Assembly: GCA_964658305.1 (NCBI GenBank)
Contig: OZ210885.1
Span: 17,732,001 to 17,796,000, forward strand
Length of the DNA stretch: 64,000 nucleotides
Reading direction: 5' to 3'
From: Leptogorgia sarmentosa
Lineage: Eukaryota
Of the stretch, positions 61,801 through 64,000 are shown piece by piece (the stretch's first letter is position 1; the number at the start of each line of letters is the position of its first letter). Position numbers and translations under genes: made by a program. A model generated the notes under the pieces. The model did no database searches, was not told the origin of the DNA, and saw only the letters and a program-made list of their open reading frames with translations.

Positions 61801-64000
61801 TGTTGGGATATGCTACCAGAATATGGACGATGAAGCCAGCACCACCATACGAGATGACACGTCTAATGTTTCTGGTATCCGAATTGGAAGGAAAAGACGA
61901 ACATTTCAAGGAAAAGAACAGGAAATTGAGCCATATCATAAGCAACTAAAGAAAGCCCGATTTCATTTCGAACCAGCAGAGTGTCAGAAAGAGGAAAATA
62001 CTCCAGGACACCAGTTAATTGACTTCTATTGGTTGACACAGTCTCAAGTGGAGAGGCAATTGCCTCTTTTTTCGGGATTTTATTCACAGTTTATCAACGA
62101 TCGCCTGCCTCAACAACGAATCTGGTATATGGATCCGATATCTGCTCCACCTACAAGAAACGATGTCGTCCGCGAAACAATGAAAAGGAGCATGAAGGTG
62201 GCCAGTGAAACTGGTCAAGAGTATGGTGTTGTAACCTACGACCTGGCTGTGGCTTTGAAGGCGTACTCGATCCAGGCGCTGGATTCACCATTGTTGGATA
62301 AGCTCCTTATCATGCTTGGAAATTTCCATTTGGAAATGGCATTCTATGGTGCAATTGGCACGTTTATAAACGAGAGTGGCGCAGAGTATCTACTGACAGA
62401 GTCTGGTATACTTGCTGAAGGATCGCTGATGGGTTTCATTCGTGGAAAGTATTATAATCGATGTACCCGAATTCATGACATTCTTGCGCTCGTTATGGAA
62501 AGGAAATTGTACGAGAGCTTTCTCTCTACTCTTTCTCCTGAACGTAAAGATGCCATTGACGACTTCTTCGCTCATGTTCCACAAGAGAGAAGTATGCAGA
62601 CTCACTGCCTTGAGACCAGTCCCATCTTTCAGCAACATATGCAAGAGTACGACATATATTTCACTGAAGCAATGAATGGAGACCTTGGTCCAACTGCCCA
62701 ATACTGGACGACGTATGTCTACATGGTAAACAGAGTCCACAGGAATCTGATGCGTGCTGTGCGCACTTACGATGTCGATGGTTACATTAACATACTTCCA
62801 GCTATCATTGACATTTTTTTTGGACTTAACCGACCAAATTATGCACGTTGGGGTGTGTTGTTTCTCGAGCAACTGACGAAAGGTTTTCAACTTTGCACAA
62901 GAAAATCTAAAGAAGCGTGTGAAAGGCAAGCAAAAATCCGCCCCTGAAAGTCTCCGAGATGTGTTTATTCGCATACTTGTCATCCTTTCTAAGAAAACGA
63001 ATTTCAATCTTAGACGTGTAATGACATTTCCAATTACGGAATATCCACTCTCCATTGCACACTCAGATGGATCAGGACTCAAGACAGATAAGAGCAAATT
63101 ACTAAACAAGCTGGAGGAACTACAGGATGGGTTCTCTGAAGCATCTCCCCATGTAATCGACGTAACCTTAATAGATGGTGGTCTATTATTACACTCTTTC
63201 CTATGTGCCATTGGAAGGATTACATCCTACGGAAGCCTTGCAAGGATGCTTCTAGCACACGTGTGTGGAAGCCGTGGTAACACCATCCATGTATTGTTTG
63301 ATACTTATCGTCCGAATTCTCTGAAAATGAGCGAGAGAAAACTGCGTGGGGCCTATGATCACCCATTCCTTATAGCTGGTCCACAGCAAGCACCAAAACA
63401 AAGCTGTCAGAAATTACTGCAAAACGGAATGTTTAAAGACCAGTTGGCGATTTTCCTACTCGATGAATGGCAGAAAAATCATTATGGTCCAGTCTTAGCG
63501 AGCAAGATCCTTGTTGTATCGCATGGTGGGAACTGTGTTAGTATAACTTACAATGAGGAAGATTCGAAGATGAATGTTGAGCGCCCAGCCAATCTCCAAG
63601 GTAGCCATGAAGAGGCAGACACTCTTCTCGCGTTTCATGCTTCCAACGCTGCAGGAAATCTAGTAGTCAGAGCCTCTGATACAGATGTTTCAGTCATTCT
63701 CTTAGGAATGATAGGAAAGCACCTGAACGAGAACAGAGATACGTCATATGGCCGGATTATTATGGACTGTGGAAAGGGTAATAAACGTCGCGATATTGAT
63801 ATAACTCGCATCGCTTCTGCTGTGGAGGCTAAGCAAGCAGGACTGGCTGCAGCTATGCCAGGTTTGCATGCTTTTACTGGATCTGACTGCACCACTGCAT
63901 TCTACAAGAAAGGCAAGATAAAATCATTGGCTATACTAGAGAAAGACAATGAAAGAAAATTCATCAATTTCTTCCGTGGTCTGACTTCTGAACGTCAACC
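58846..64000 (+). mobile_element. Academ (AcademX-type) transposon: transposase plus XPG/PIN-like nuclease; runs off the window
   Basis: Probable TAG-initiated end at 58846. ORF 60590-62947 has EAQYHKSC, LNRLG..SYDE, AWDNYD, TYDLA, LGNFHLEM and NYARW. A downstream frame has LIDG, FDTY, HEEADT, SDTDV and HAFTGSD. Confidence 0.8.
58919..59205. mobile_element. Mutator-type foldback MITE, copy 2 (near-perfect ~130-bp arms)
   Basis: Same TIRs as 11498-11756; perfect 9-bp TSD TCTAATATG (58910-58918 / 59206-59214). Confidence 0.92.

Noticed and set aside
62390..63211. 273-aa minus-strand ORF (and similar ones at 16611, 20006, 38144 and 39251)
   Set aside because: Antisense shadows of transposon coding regions with no motifs of their own.

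Overview
This is AT-rich eukaryotic DNA, judging by GT-AG spliced genes, snRNA genes, LINEs and a SINE. The repeat repertoire suggests a marine invertebrate, plausibly a cnidarian (inference only). Almost the whole window is nested transposable elements. Retroelements: several L2/CR1-group LINEs (one with an apparently intact ORF carrying a hydrophobic leader and a 2A-like motif), two tandem Tx1/L1-clade LINEs, a Penelope scrap, a tRNA-derived SINE, two tyrosine-recombinase retrotransposons (one Ngaro-like, one ALOG-domain DIRS1-type with RT, RNase H, methyltransferase-like domain and YR) and a Gypsy remnant. DNA elements: a boundary-complete Kolobok, Harbinger, Zator and P-like element, plus Academ, ISL2EU, hAT, Mutator-type MITEs and a spliced C2H2-zinc-finger/Polinton-polB-like fragment. 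The only host-type genes I can support are a full-length U1 snRNA (12289-12452, minus) and, about 1 kb downstream on the same strand, the first 27 nt of a U2 snRNA. That U2 fragment is joined directly to the 5' end of the Tx1 pair, which looks like a U1-U2 cluster whose U2 was hit by U2-targeting (Keno-like) retrotransposons. No CRISPR array or prokaryotic operon is present. All family assignments come from motif recognition by eye, not database searches.
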